NCBI RefSeq assembly: GCF_009914755.1
Contig: NC_060935.1
Source of the DNA: the human T2T-CHM13v2.0 reference genome, Homo sapiens
Reading direction: 5' to 3' (one strand)
DNA: 64,000 nt
Shown here: piece by piece, positions 1 to 12,299 of the stretch
How the letters are laid out: each line of letters starts with the position of its first letter
Numbering within the stretch: position 1 is the first letter of the stretch
Program-made: the position numbers and the translations under genes
Notes under the pieces: model-generated
Seen by the model: only the letters and a program-made list of their open reading frames with translations
The model's database searches: none
What the model was told of the DNA's origin: nothing

Positions 1-305
1 ACCAAACAGAAGCATTCACAGACAATTTTTAGTGATCATTGGATTCAACTAACAGAGCTGAACATTCCTTTAGATGGAGCAGTTTCCAAACCCACTTTCT
101 GTAGAATCTGCAAGTGGATATTTGGACTTCTCTGAGGATTTTGTTGGAAACGGGATAAACTTCCCAGAACTACACGGAAGCATTGTGAGAAACTTCTTTG
201 TGATGTTTGCATTCAACTCACAGAGTTGAACCTTGCTTTCATAGTTCAGCTTTCAAACACTCTTTTTGTAGAATCTGCAAGTGGATATTTGGACCACTTT
301 GTGGC

Positions 306-322
306 CTTCCTTCGAAACGGGT
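306..322 (+). other. Degenerate CENP-B-box-like site in monomer b (TTCC instead of TTCG), fixed across HORs
   Basis: CTTCCTTCGAAACGGGT has one mismatch at a core position, so it is predicted to bind weakly or not at all. Confidence 0.75.
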
Positions 323-476
323 ATATCTTCACATCAAACCTAGACAGAAGCATTCTCAGAATGTTTCCTGTGATGACTGCATTCAACTCACAGAGGTGAA
401 CAATCCTGTTGATGGAGCAGTTTTGAAACTCTCTTTCTTTGGATTCTGCAAGTGGATATGTGGACCTCTGTGAAGA

Positions 477-493
477 TTTCGTTGGAAACGGGT
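477..493 (+). promoter_or_regulatory. CENP-B box in monomer c (representative; repeated in most HORs)
   Basis: TTTCGTTGGAAACGGGT matches the CENP-B binding consensus nTTCGnnnnAnnCGGGn. Confidence 0.93.
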
Positions 494-646
494 TCATCTT
501 CACAGAAAAACTAAACAGAAGCATTCTCAAAAACTGCTTTGTGATGTTTGTGTTCCACTTCAGGAATTGAACTTTCCTCTTGAAAGAGCAGCTCTGAAAC
601 CCTCTTTTTCTGGAATCTGCAAGTGGACATTTGGAGGGCTTCGAGG

Positions 647-664
647 CCTGTGGTGGAAAAGGAA
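647..664 (+). other. A-type (pJalpha-like) box position in monomer d; monomer e has the equivalent CTACTGTAGTAAAGGAA
   Basis: CCTGTGGTGGAAAAGGAA sits at the position homologous to the CENP-B box, as in A-type alphoid monomers. Confidence 0.65.
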
Positions 665-988
665 AATCTTCACATAAAAACTAGATGGAAGCATTCTCAG
701 AAACTACTTTGTGATGATTGCATTCGACTCACAGAGTTGAACATTCCTATAGATAGAGCAGGTTGTAAACAATCTTTTTGTAGAATCTGCGATTGGAGAT
801 TTGGACTGCTTTGAGGCCTACTGTAGTAAAGGAAATAACTTCATCTAAAAACCAAACGGAAGCATTCACAGACAATTCTTAGTGATCATTGGATTGAACT
901 AACGGAGCTGAACATTCCTTTAGATGGAGCAGTTTCCAAACCCACTTTCTGTAGAATCTGCAAGTGGATATTTGGACTTCTCTGAGGA

Positions 989-1005
989 TTTCGTTGGAAA
1001 CGGGA
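989..1005 (+). promoter_or_regulatory. CENP-B box in monomer a (representative; repeated in most HORs)
   Basis: TTTCGTTGGAAACGGGA has all nine core positions intact. Confidence 0.93.
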
Positions 1006-1457
1006 TAAACTTCCCAGAACTACACGGAAGCATTCTGAGAAACTTCTTTGTGATGTTTGCATTCAACTCACAGAGTTGAACCTTGCTTTCATAGTTCAGC
1101 TTTCAAACACTCTTTTTGTAGAATCTGCAAGTGGATATTTGGACCACTTTGTGGCCTTCCTTCGAAACGGGTATATCTTCACATCAAACCTAGACAGAAG
1201 CATTCTCAGAATGTTTCCTGTGATGACTGCATTCAACTCACAGAGGTGAACAATCCTGTTGATGGAGCAGTTTTGAAACTCTCTTTCTTTGGATTCTGCT
1301 AGTTGATATGTGGACCTCTGTGAAGATTTCGTTGGAAACGGGTTCATCTTCACAGAAAAGCTAAACAGGAGCATTCTCAGAAACTGCTTTGTGATGTTTT
1401 GTACCACTTCAAGAATTGAACTTTCCTCTTGACAGAGCAGCTCTGAAACCCTCTTTT

Positions 1458-1463
1458 TCTAGA
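1458..1463. other. XbaI site (TCTAGA) in monomer d, once per HOR (representative)
   Basis: TTTTCTAGAATC or TATTCTAGAATC occurs in monomer d of nearly every unit. It is lost in H1 (TCTGGA, about 610) and H57 (about 48040). Confidence 0.85.
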
Positions 1464-2561
1464 ATCTGGAAGTGGACATTTGGAGGGCTTTGAGGCCTGT
1501 GGTGGAAAAGGAAAATCTTCACATAAAAACTAGATGGAAGCATGCTCAGAAACTACTTTGAGATGATTGCATTCGACTCACAGAGTTGAACATTCCTATA
1601 GATAGAGCAGGTTGTAAACAATCTTTTTGTAGAATCTGCGATTGGAGATTTGGATTGCTTTGAGGCCTACTGTAGTAAAGGAAATAACTTCATCTAAAAA
1701 CCAAACGGAAGCATTCACAGACAATTCTTAGTGATCATTGCATTGAACTAACAGAGCTGAACATTCCTTTATATGGCGCAGTTTCCAAACACACTTTCTG
1801 TAGAATCTGCAAGTGGATATTTGGACCTCTCTGAGGATTTCGTTGGAAACGGGATAAACTTCCCAGAACTACACGGAAGCATTGTGAGAAACTTCTTTGT
1901 GATGTTTGCATTCAACTCACAGAGTTGAACCTTGCTTTCATAGTTCAGCTTTCAAACACTCTTTTTGTAGAATCTGCAAGTGGATATTTGGACCACTTTG
2001 TGGCCTTCCTTCGAAACGGGTATATCTTCACATCAAACCTAGACAGAAGCATTCTCAGAATGTTTCCTGTGATGACTGCATTCAACTCACAGAGGTGAAG
2101 AATCCTGCTGATGGAGCAGTTTTGAAACTCTCTTTCTTTGGATTCTGCAAGTGGATATGTGGACCTCTGTGAAGATTTCGTTGGAAACGGGTTCATCTTC
2201 ACAGAAAAACTAAACAGAAGCATTCTCAGAAACTGCTTTGTGATGTTTGTGTTCCACTTCAGGAATTGAACTTTCCTCTTGACAGAGCAGCTCTGAAACC
2301 CTCTTATTCTAGAATCTGCAAGTGGACATTTGGAGGGCTTTGAGGCCTGTGGTGGAAAAGGAAAATCTTCACATAAAAACTAGATGGAAGCATTCTCAGA
2401 AACTACTTTGTGATGATTGCATTCGACTCACAGAGTTGAACATTCCTATAGATAGAGCAGGTTGTAAACAATCTTTTTGTAGAATCTGCGATTGGAGATT
2501 TGGACTGCTTTGAGGCCTACTGTAGTAAAGGAAATAACTTCATCTAAAAACCAAACGGAAG

Positions 2562-5500
2562 CATTCACAGACAATTCTTAGTGATCATTGGATTGAACTA
2601 ACAGAGCTGAACATTCCTTTAGATGGCGCAGTTTCCAAACACACTTTCTGTAGAATCTGCAAGTGGATATTTGGACCTCTCTGAGGATTTCGTTAGAAAC
2701 GGGATAAACTTCCCAGAACTACACGGAAGCATGCTGAGAAACTTCTTTGGGATGTTTGCATTCAACTCACAGAGCTGAACCTTGCTTTCATAGTTCAGCT
2801 TTCAAACACTCTTTTTGTAGAATCTGCAAGTGGATATTTGGACCACTTTGTGGCCTTCCTTCGAAACCGGTATATCTTCACATCAAACCTAGACAGAAGC
2901 ATTCTCAGAATGTTTCCTGTGATGACTGCATTCAACTCACAGAGGTGAACAATCCTGCTGATGGAGCAGTGTTGAAACTCTCTTTCTTTGGATTCTGCAA
3001 GTGGATATGTGGACCTCTGTGAAGATTTCGTTGGAAACGGGTTCATCTTCACAGAAAAACTAAACAGGAGCATTCTCAGAAACTGCTTTGTGATGTTTGT
3101 GTTCCACTTCAAGAATTGAACTTTCCTCTTGACAGAGCAGCTCTGAAACCCTCTTTTTCTAGAATCTGCAAGTGGACATTTGGAGGGCTTTGAGGCCTGT
3201 GGTGGAGAAGGAAAATCTTCACATAAAAACTTTATGGAAGCATTCTCAGAAACTACTTTGTGATGATTGCATTCGACTCACAGAGTTGAACATTCCTATA
3301 GATAGAGCAGGTTGTAAACAATCTTTTTGTAGAATCTGCGATTGGAGATTTGGACTGCTTTGAGGCCTACTGTAGTAAAGGAAATAACTTCATCTAAAAA
3401 CCAAACGGAAGCATTCACAGACAATTCTTAGTGATCATTGGATTGAACTAACAGAGCTGAACATTCCTTTAGATGGAGCAGTTTCCAAACCCACTTTCTG
3501 TAGAATCTGCAAGTGGATATTTGGACTTCTCTGAGGATTTCGTTGGAAACGGGATAAACTTCCCAGAACTACACGGAAGCATTGTGAGAAACTTCTTTGT
3601 GATGTTTGCATTCAACTCACAGAGTTGAACCTTGCTTTCATAGTTCAGCTTTCAAACACTCTTTTTGTAGAATCTGCAAGTGGATATTTGGACCACTTTG
3701 TGGCCTTCCTTCGAAACGGGTATATCTTCACATCAAACCTAGACAGAAGCATTCTCAGAATGTTTCCTGGGATGACTGCATTCAACTCACAGAGGTGAAC
3801 AATCCTGTTGATGGAGCACTTTTGAAACTCTCTTTCTTTGGATTCTGCAAGTTGATATGTGGACCTCTGTGAAGATTTCGTTGGAAACGGGTTCATCTTC
3901 ACAGAAAAACTAAACAGAAGCATTCTCAGAAACTACTTTGTGATGTTTGTGTTCCACTTCAGGAATTGAACTTTCCTCTTGACAGAGCTGCTCTGATACC
4001 CTCTTTTTCTAGAATCTGCAAGTGGACATTTGGAGGGTTTTCAGGCCTGTGGTGGAAAAGGAAAATCTTCACATAAAAACTAGATGGAAGCATTCTCAGA
4101 AACTACTTTGTGATGATTGCATTCGACTCACAGAGTTGAACATTCCTATAGATAGAGCAGGTTATAAACAATCTTTTTGTAGGATCTGCGATTGGAGATT
4201 TGGACTGCTTTGAGGCCTACTGTGGTAAAGGAAATAACTTCATCTAAAAACCAAACGGAAGCATTCACAGACAATTCTTAGTCATCATTGCATTGAACTA
4301 ACAGAGCTGAACATTCCTTTAGATGGCGCAGTTTCCAAACACACTTTCTGTAGAATCTGCAAGTGGATATTTGGACCTCTCTGAGGATTTCGTTGGAAAC
4401 GGGATAAACTTCCCAGAACTACACGGAAGCATTGTGAGAAACTTCCTTGTGATGTTTGCATTCAACTCACAGAGTTGAACCTTGCTTTCATAGTTCAGCT
4501 TTCAAACACTCTTTTTGTAGAATCTGCAAGTGGATATTTGGACCACTTTGTGGCCTTCCTTCTAAACGGGTATATCTTCACATCAAACCTAGACAGAAGC
4601 ATTCTCAGAATGTTTCCTGTGATGACTGCATTCAACTCACAGAGGTGAACAATCCTGCTGATGGAGCAGTTTTGAAACTCTCTTTCTTTGGATTCTGCAA
4701 GTGGATATGTGGACCTCTGTGAAGATTTCGTTGGAAACGGGTTCATCTTCACAGAAAAACTAAACAGGAGCATTCTCAGAAACTGCTTTGTGATGTTTGT
4801 GTTCCACTTTAGGAATTGAACTTTCCTCTTGACAGAGCAGCTCTGAAACCCTCTTATTCTAGAATCTGCAAGTGGACATTTGGAGGGTTTTGAGGCCTGT
4901 GGTGGAAAAGGAAAATCTTCACATAAGAACTAGATGGAAGCATTCTCAGAAACTACTTTGTGATGATTGCATTCGACTCACAGAGTTGAACATTCCTATA
5001 GATAGAGCAGGTTGTAAACAATCTTTTTGTAGAATCTGCGATTGGAGATTTGGACTGCTTTGAGGCCTACTGTAGTAAAGGAAATAACTTCATCTAAAAA
5101 CCAAACGGAAGCATTCACAGACAATTCTTAGTGATCATTGGATTGAACTAACAGAGCTGAACATTCCTTTAGATGGAGCAGTTTCAAACACACTTTCTGT
5201 AGAATCTGCAAGTGGATATTTGGACTTCTCTGAGGATTTCGTTGGAAACGGGATAAACTTCCCAGAACTACACGGAAGCATTGTGAGAAACTTCTTTGTG
5301 ATGTTTGCATTCAACTCACAGAGTTGAACCTTGCTTTCATAGTTCAGCTTTCAAACACTCTTTTTGTAGAATCTGCAAGTGGATATTTGGACCACTTTGT
5401 GGCCTTCCTTCGAAACGGGTATATCTTCACATCAAACCTAGACAGCAGCATTCTCAGAATGTTTCCTGTGATGACTGCATTCAACTCACAGAGGTGAACA

Positions 5501-8500
5501 ATCCTGCTGATGGAGCAGTTTTGAAACTCTCTTTCTTTGGATTCTGCAAGTGGATATGTGGACCTCTGTGAAGATTTCGTTGGAAACGGGTTCATCTTCA
5601 CAGAAAAACTAAACAGAAGCATTCTCAGAAACTGCTTTGTGATGTTTGTGTTCCACTTCATGAATTGAACTTTCCTCTTGACAGAGCAGCTCTGAAACCC
5701 TCTTATTCTAGAATCTGCAAGTGGACATTTGGAGGGCTTTGAGGCCTGTGGTGGAAAAGGAAAATCTTCACATAAAAACTAGATGGAAGCATTCTCAGAA
5801 ACTACTTTTTGATGATTGCATTCGACTCACAGAGTTGAACATTCCTATAGATAGAGCAGGTTGTAAACAATCTTTTTGTAGAATCTGCGATTGGAGATTT
5901 GGACTGCTTTGAGGCCTACTGTAGTAAAGGAAATAACTTCATCTAAAAACCAAACGGAAGCATTCACAGACAATTCTTAGTGATCATTGGATTGAACTAA
6001 CAGAGCTGAACATTCCTTTAGATGGAGCAGTTTCCAAACCCACTTTCTGTAGAATCTGCAAGTGGATATTTGGACTTCTCTGAGGATTTCGTTGGAAACG
6101 GGATAAACTTCCCAGAACTACACGGAAGCATTGTGAGAAAGTTCTTTGTGATGTTTGCATTCAACTCACAGAGTTGAACCTTGCTTTCATAGTTCAGCTT
6201 TCAAACACTCTTTTTGTAGAATCTGCAAGTGGATATTTGGACCACTTTGTGGCCTTCCTTCGAAACGGGTATATCTTCACATCAAACCTAGACAGAAGCA
6301 TTCTCAGAATGTTTCCTGTGATGACTGCATTCAACTCACAGAGGTGAACAATCCTGTTGATGGAGCAGTTTTGAAACTCCCTTTCTTTGGATTCTGCAAG
6401 TGGATATGTGGACCTCTGTGAAGATTTCGTTGGAAACGGGTTCATCTTCACAGAAAAACTAAACAGAAGCATTCTCAGAAACTGCTTTGTGATGTTTGTG
6501 TTCCACTTCAAGAATTGAACTTTCCTCTTGACAGAGCAGCTCTGAAACCCTCTTTTTCTAGAATCTGCAAGTGGACATTTGGAGGGCTTTGAGGTCTGTG
6601 GTGGAAAAGGAAAATCTTCACATAAAAACTAGATGGAAGCATTCTCAGAAACTACTTTGTGATGATTGCATTCGACTCACAGGGTTGAACATTCCTATAG
6701 ATAGAGCAGGTTGTAAACAATCTTTTTGTAGAATCTGCGATTGGAGATTTGGACTGCTTTGAGGCCTACTGTAGTAAAGGAAATAACTTCATCTAAAAAC
6801 CAAACGGAAGCATTCACAGACAATTCTTAGTGATCATTGGATTGAACTAACAGAGCTGAACATTCCTTTAGATGGCGCAGTTTCCAAACACACTTTCTGT
6901 AGAATCTGCAAGTGGATATTTGGACCTCTCTGAGGATTTCGTTGGAAACGGGATAAACTTCCCAGAACTACACGGAAGCATGCTGAGAAACTTCTTTGGG
7001 ATGTTTGCATTCAACTCACAGAGCTGAACCTTGCTTTCATAGTTCAGCTTTCAAACACTCTTTTTGTAGAATCTGCAAGTGGATATTTGGACCACTTTGT
7101 GGCCTTCCTTCGAAACCGGTATATCTTCACATCAAACCTAGACAGAAGCATTCTCAGAATGTTTCCTGTGATGACTGCATTCAACTCACAGAGGTGAACA
7201 ATCCTGCTGATGGAGCAGTGTTGAAACTCTCTTTCTTTGGATTCTGCAAGTGGATATGTGGACCTCTGTGAAGATTTCGTTGGAAACGGGTTCATCTTCA
7301 CAGAAAAACTAAACAGGAGCATTCTCAGAAACTGCTTTGTGATGTTTGTGTTCCACTTCAAGAATTGAACTTTCCTCTTGACAGAGCAGCTCTGAAACCC
7401 TCTTTTTCTAGAATCTGCAAGTGGACATTTGGAGGGCTTTGAGGCCTGTGGTGGAGAAGGAAAATCTTCACATAAAAACTTTATGGAAGCATTCTCAGAA
7501 ACTACTTTGTGATGATTGCATTCGACTCACAGAGTTGAACATTCCTATAGATAGAGCAGGTTGTAAACAATCTTTTTGTAGAATCTGCGATTGGAGATTT
7601 GGACTGCTTTGAGGCCTACTGTAGTAAAGGAAATAACTTCCTCTAAAAACCAAACAGAAGCATTCACAGACAATTCTTAGTGATCATTGGATTGAACTAA
7701 CAGAGCTGAACATTCCTTTAGATGGAGCAGTTTCCAAACCCACTTTCTGTAGAATCTGCAAGTGGATATTTGGACTTCTCTGAGGATTTCGTTGGAAACG
7801 GGATAAACTTCCCAGAACTACACGGAAGCATTGTGAGAAACTTCTTTGTGATGTTTGCATTCAACTCACAGAGTTGAACCTTGCTTTCATAGTTCAGCTT
7901 TCAAACACTCTTTTTGTAGAATCTGCAAGTGGATATTTGGACCACTTTGTGGCCTTCCTTCGAAACGGGTATATCTTCACATCAAACCTAGACAGAAGCA
8001 TTCTCAGAATGTTTCCTGGGATGACTGCATTCAACTCACAGAGGTGAACAATCCTGTTGATGGAGCACTTTTGAAACTCTCTTTCTTTGGATTCTGCAAG
8101 TTGATATGTGGACCTCTGTGAAGATTTCGTTGGAAACGGGTTCATCTTCACAGAAAAACTAAACAGAAGCATTCTCAGAAACTACTTTGTGATGTTTGTG
8201 TTCCACTTCAGGAATTGAACTTTCCTCTTGACAGAGCTGCTCTGAAACCCTCTTTTTCTAGAATCTGCAAGTGGACATTTGGAGGGCTTTGAGGCCTGTG
8301 GTGGAAAAGGAAAATCTTCACATAAAAACTAGATGGAAGCATTCTCAGAAACTACTTTGTGATGATTGCATTCGACTCACAGAGTTGAACATTCCTATAG
8401 ATAGAGCAGGTTATAAACAATCTTTTTGTAGGATCTGCGATTGGAGATTTGGACTGCTTTGAGGCCTACTGTGGTAAAGGAAATAACTTCATCTAAAAAC

Positions 8501-10600
8501 CAAACGGAAGCATTCACAGACAATTCTTAGTCATCATTGCATTGAACTAACAGAGCTGAACATTCCTTTAGATGGCGCAGTTTCCAAACACACTTTCTGT
8601 AGAATCTGCAAGTGGATATTTGGACCTCTCTGAGGATTTCGTTGGAAACGGGATAAACTTCCCAGAACTACACGGAAGCATTGTGAGAAACTTCCTTGTG
8701 ATGTTTGCATTCAACTCACAGAGTTGAACCTTGCTTTCATAGTTCAGCTTTCAAACACTCTTTTTGTAGAATCTGCAAGTGGATATTTGGACCACTTTGT
8801 GGCCTTCCTTCTAAACGGGTATATCTTCACATCAAACCTAGACAGAAGCATTCTCAGAATGTTTCCTGTGATGACTGCATTCAACTCACAGAGGTGAACA
8901 ATCCTGCTGATGGAGCAGTTTTGAAACTCTCTTTCTTTGGATTCTGCAAGTGGATATGTGGACCTCTGTGAAGATTTCGTTGGAAACGGGTTCATCTTCA
9001 CAGAAAAACTAAACAGGAGCATTCTCAGAAACTGCTTTGTGATGTTTGTGTTCCACTTCAGGAATTGAACTTTCCTCTTGACAGAGCAGCTCTGAAACCC
9101 TCTTATTCTAGAATCTGCAAGTGGACATTTGGAGGGTTTTGAGGCCTGTGGTGGAAAAGGAAAATCTTCACATAAAAACTAGATGGAAGCATTCTCAGAA
9201 ACTACTTTGTGATGATTGCATTCGACTCACAGAGTTGAACATTCCTATAGATAGAGCAGGTTGTAAACAATCTTTTTGTAGAATCTGCGATTGGAGATTT
9301 GGACTGCTTTGAGGCCTACTGTAGTAAAGGAAATAACTTCATCTAAAAACCAAACGGAAGCATTCACAGACAATTCTTAGTGATCATTGGATTGAACTAA
9401 CAGAGCTGAACATTCCTTTAGATGGAGCAGTTTCCAAACACACTTTCTGTAGAATCTGCAAGTGGATATTTGGACTTCTCTGAGGATTTCGTTGGAAACG
9501 GGATAAACTTCCCAGAACTACACGGAAGCATTGTGAGAAACTTCTTTGTGATGTTTGCATTCAACTCACAGAGTTGAACCTTGCTTTCATAGTTCAGCTT
9601 TCAAACACTCTTTTTGTAGAATCTGCAAGTGGATATTTGGACCACTTTGTGGCCTTCCTTCGAAACGGGTATATCTTCACATCAAACCTAGACAGCAGCA
9701 TTCTCAGAATGTTTCCTGTGATCACTGCATTCAACTCACAGAGGTGAACAATCCTGCTGATGGAGCAGTTTTGAAACTCTCTTTCTTTGGATTCTGCAAG
9801 TGGATATGTGGACCTCTGTGAAGATTTCGTTGGAAACGGGTTCATCTTCACAGAAAAACTAAACAGAAGCATTCTCAGAAACTGCTTTGTGATGTTTGTG
9901 TTCCACTTCAGGAATTGAACTTTCCTCTTGACAGAGCAGCTCTGAAACCCTCTTATTCTAGAATCTGCAAGTGGACATTTGGAGGGCTTTGAGGCCTGTG
10001 GTGGAAAAGGAAAATCTTCCAATAAAAACTAGATGGAAGCATTCTCAGAAACTACTTTTTGATGATTGCATTCGACTCACAGAGTTGAACATTCCTATAG
10101 ATAGAGCAGGTTGTAAACAATCTTTTTGTAGAATCTGCGATTGGAGATTTGGACTGCTTTGAGGCCTACTGTAGTAAAGGAAATAACTTCATCTAAAAAC
10201 CAAACGGAAGCATTCACAGACAATTCTTAGTGATCATTGGATTGAACTAACAGAGCTGAACATTCCTTTAGATGGAGCAGTTTCCAAACCCACTTTCTGT
10301 AGAATCTGCAAGTGGATATTTGGACTTCTCTGAGGATTTCGTTGGAAACGGGATAAACTTCCCAGAACTACACGGAAGCATTGTGAGAAAGTTCTTTGTG
10401 ATGTTTGCATTCAACTCACAGAGTTGAACCTTGCTTTCATAGTTCAGCTTTCAAACACTCTTTTTGTAGAATCTGCAAGTGGATATTTGGACCACTTTGT
10501 GGCCTTCCTTCGAAACGGGTATATCTTCACATCAAACCTAGACAGAAGCATTCTCAGAATGTTTCCTGTGATGACTGCATTCAACTCACAGAGGTAAGCA
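2562..10600 (+). repeat. 5-HOR (about 4.25 kb) tandem duplication: H4-H8 resembles H9-H13
   Basis: Rare variants recur in the same order at a 4249-4250 bp offset: TTGGGATG, AAACCGG, GGAGAAGG, CCTGGGAT, GTTATAAA, AGTCATC, TTCTAAACGG, CAGCAGC, AAAGTTC. Confidence 0.85.
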
Positions 10601-12299
10601 ATCCTGTTGATGGAGCACTTTTGAAACTCTCTTTCTTTGGATTCTGCAAGTGGATATGTGGACCTCTGTGAAGATTTCGTTGGAAACGGGTTCATCTTCA
10701 CAGAAAAACTAAACAGAAGCATTCTCAGAAACTGCTTTGTGATGTTTGTGTTCCACTTCAGGAATTGAACTTTCCTCTTGAAAGAGCAGCTCTGAAACCC
10801 TCTTTTTCTAGAATCTGCAAGTGGACATTTGGAGGGCTTTGAGGCCTGTGGTGGAAAAGGAAAATCTTCACATAAAAACTAGATGGAAGCATTCTCAGAA
10901 ACTACTTTGTGATGATTGCATTCGACTCACAGAGTTGAACATTCCTATAGATAGAGCAGGTTGTAAACAATCTTTTTGTAGAATCTGCGATTGGAGATTT
11001 GGACTGCTTTGAGGCCTACTGTAGTAAAGGAAATAACTTCATCTAAAAACCAAACGGAAGCATTCACAGACAATTCTTAGTGATCATTGGATTGAACTAA
11101 CAGAGCTGAACATTCCTTTAGATGGAGCAGTTTCCAAACACACTTTCTGTAGAATCTGCAAGTGGATATTTGGACTTCTCTGAGGATTTCGTTGGAAACG
11201 GGATAAACTTCCCAGAACTACACGGAAGCATTGTGAGAAACTTCTTTGTGATGTTTGCATTCAACTCACAGAGTTGAACCTTGCTTTCATAGTTCAGCTT
11301 TCAAACACTCTTTTTGTAGAATCTGCAAGTGGATATTTGGACCACTTTGTGGCCTTCCTTCGAAACGGGTATATCTTCACATCAAACCTAGACAGCAGCA
11401 TTCTCAGAATGTTTCCTGTGATGACTGCATTCAACTCACAGAGGTGAACAATCCTGCTGATGGAGCAGTTTTGAAACTCTCTTTCTTTGGATTCTGCAAG
11501 TGGATATGTGGACCTCTGTGAAGATTTCGTTGGAAACGGGTTCATCTTCACAGAAAAACTAAACAGAAGCATTCTCAGAAACTGCTTTGTGATGTTTGTG
11601 TTCCACTTCAGGAATTGAACTTTCCTCTTGACAGAGCAGCTCTGAAACCCTCTTATTCTAGAACCTGCAAGTGGACATTTGGAGGGCTTTGAGGCCTGTG
11701 GTGGAAAAGGAAAATCTTCCAATAAAAACTACATGGAAGCATTCTCAGAAACTACTTTTTGATGATTGCATTCGACTCACAGAGTTGAACATTCCTATAG
11801 ATAGAGCAGGTTGTAAACAATCTTTTTGTAGAATCTGCGATTGGAGATTTGGACTGCTTTGAGGCCTACTGTAGTAAAGGAAATAACTTCATCTAAAAAC
11901 CAAACGGAAGCATTCACAGACAATTCTTAGTGATCATTGGATTGAACTAACAGAGCTGAACATTCCTTTAGATGGAGCAGTCTCCAAACACACTTTCTGA
12001 AGAATCTGCAAGTGGATATTTGGACTTCTCTGAGGATTTCGTTGGAAACGGGATAAACTTCCCAGAACTACACGGAAGCATTGTGAGAAACTTCTTTGTG
12101 ATGTTTGCATTCAACTCACAGAGTTGAACCTTGCTTTCATAGTTCAGCTTTCAAACACTCTTTTTGTAGAATCTGCAAGTGGATATTTGGACCACTTTGT
12201 GGCCTTCCTTCGAAACGGGTATATCTTCACATCAAACCTAGACAGCAGCATTCTCAGAATGTTTCCTGTGATGACTGCATTCAACTCACAGAGGTGAAC

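Larger units (their letters stand above)
13..862 (+). repeat. Representative HOR unit H1: monomers a (13-180), b (181-350), c (351-521), d (522-691), e (692-862)
   Basis: Monomer starts are CATTCACAGAC (13), CATTGTGAGAA (181), CATTCTCAGAAT (351), CATTCTCAAAAAC (522) and CATTCTCAGAAACTAC (692). The next unit starts at 863. Lengths 168+170+171+170+171 = 850. Confidence 0.93.

Noticed and set aside
212-230. Short dyad TTCAACTC-ACA-GAGTTGAA (hairpin or terminator-like)
   Set aside because: This is a standard inverted repeat of the alpha-satellite consensus. There is no evidence of a terminator or RNA gene, and it is not novel.
9594-10022. Longer 142 aa minus-strand ORF (also at 11294 and 30844)
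   Set aside because: It is created by the CA doublet variant giving a TTG start. It is useful only as a haplotype marker.
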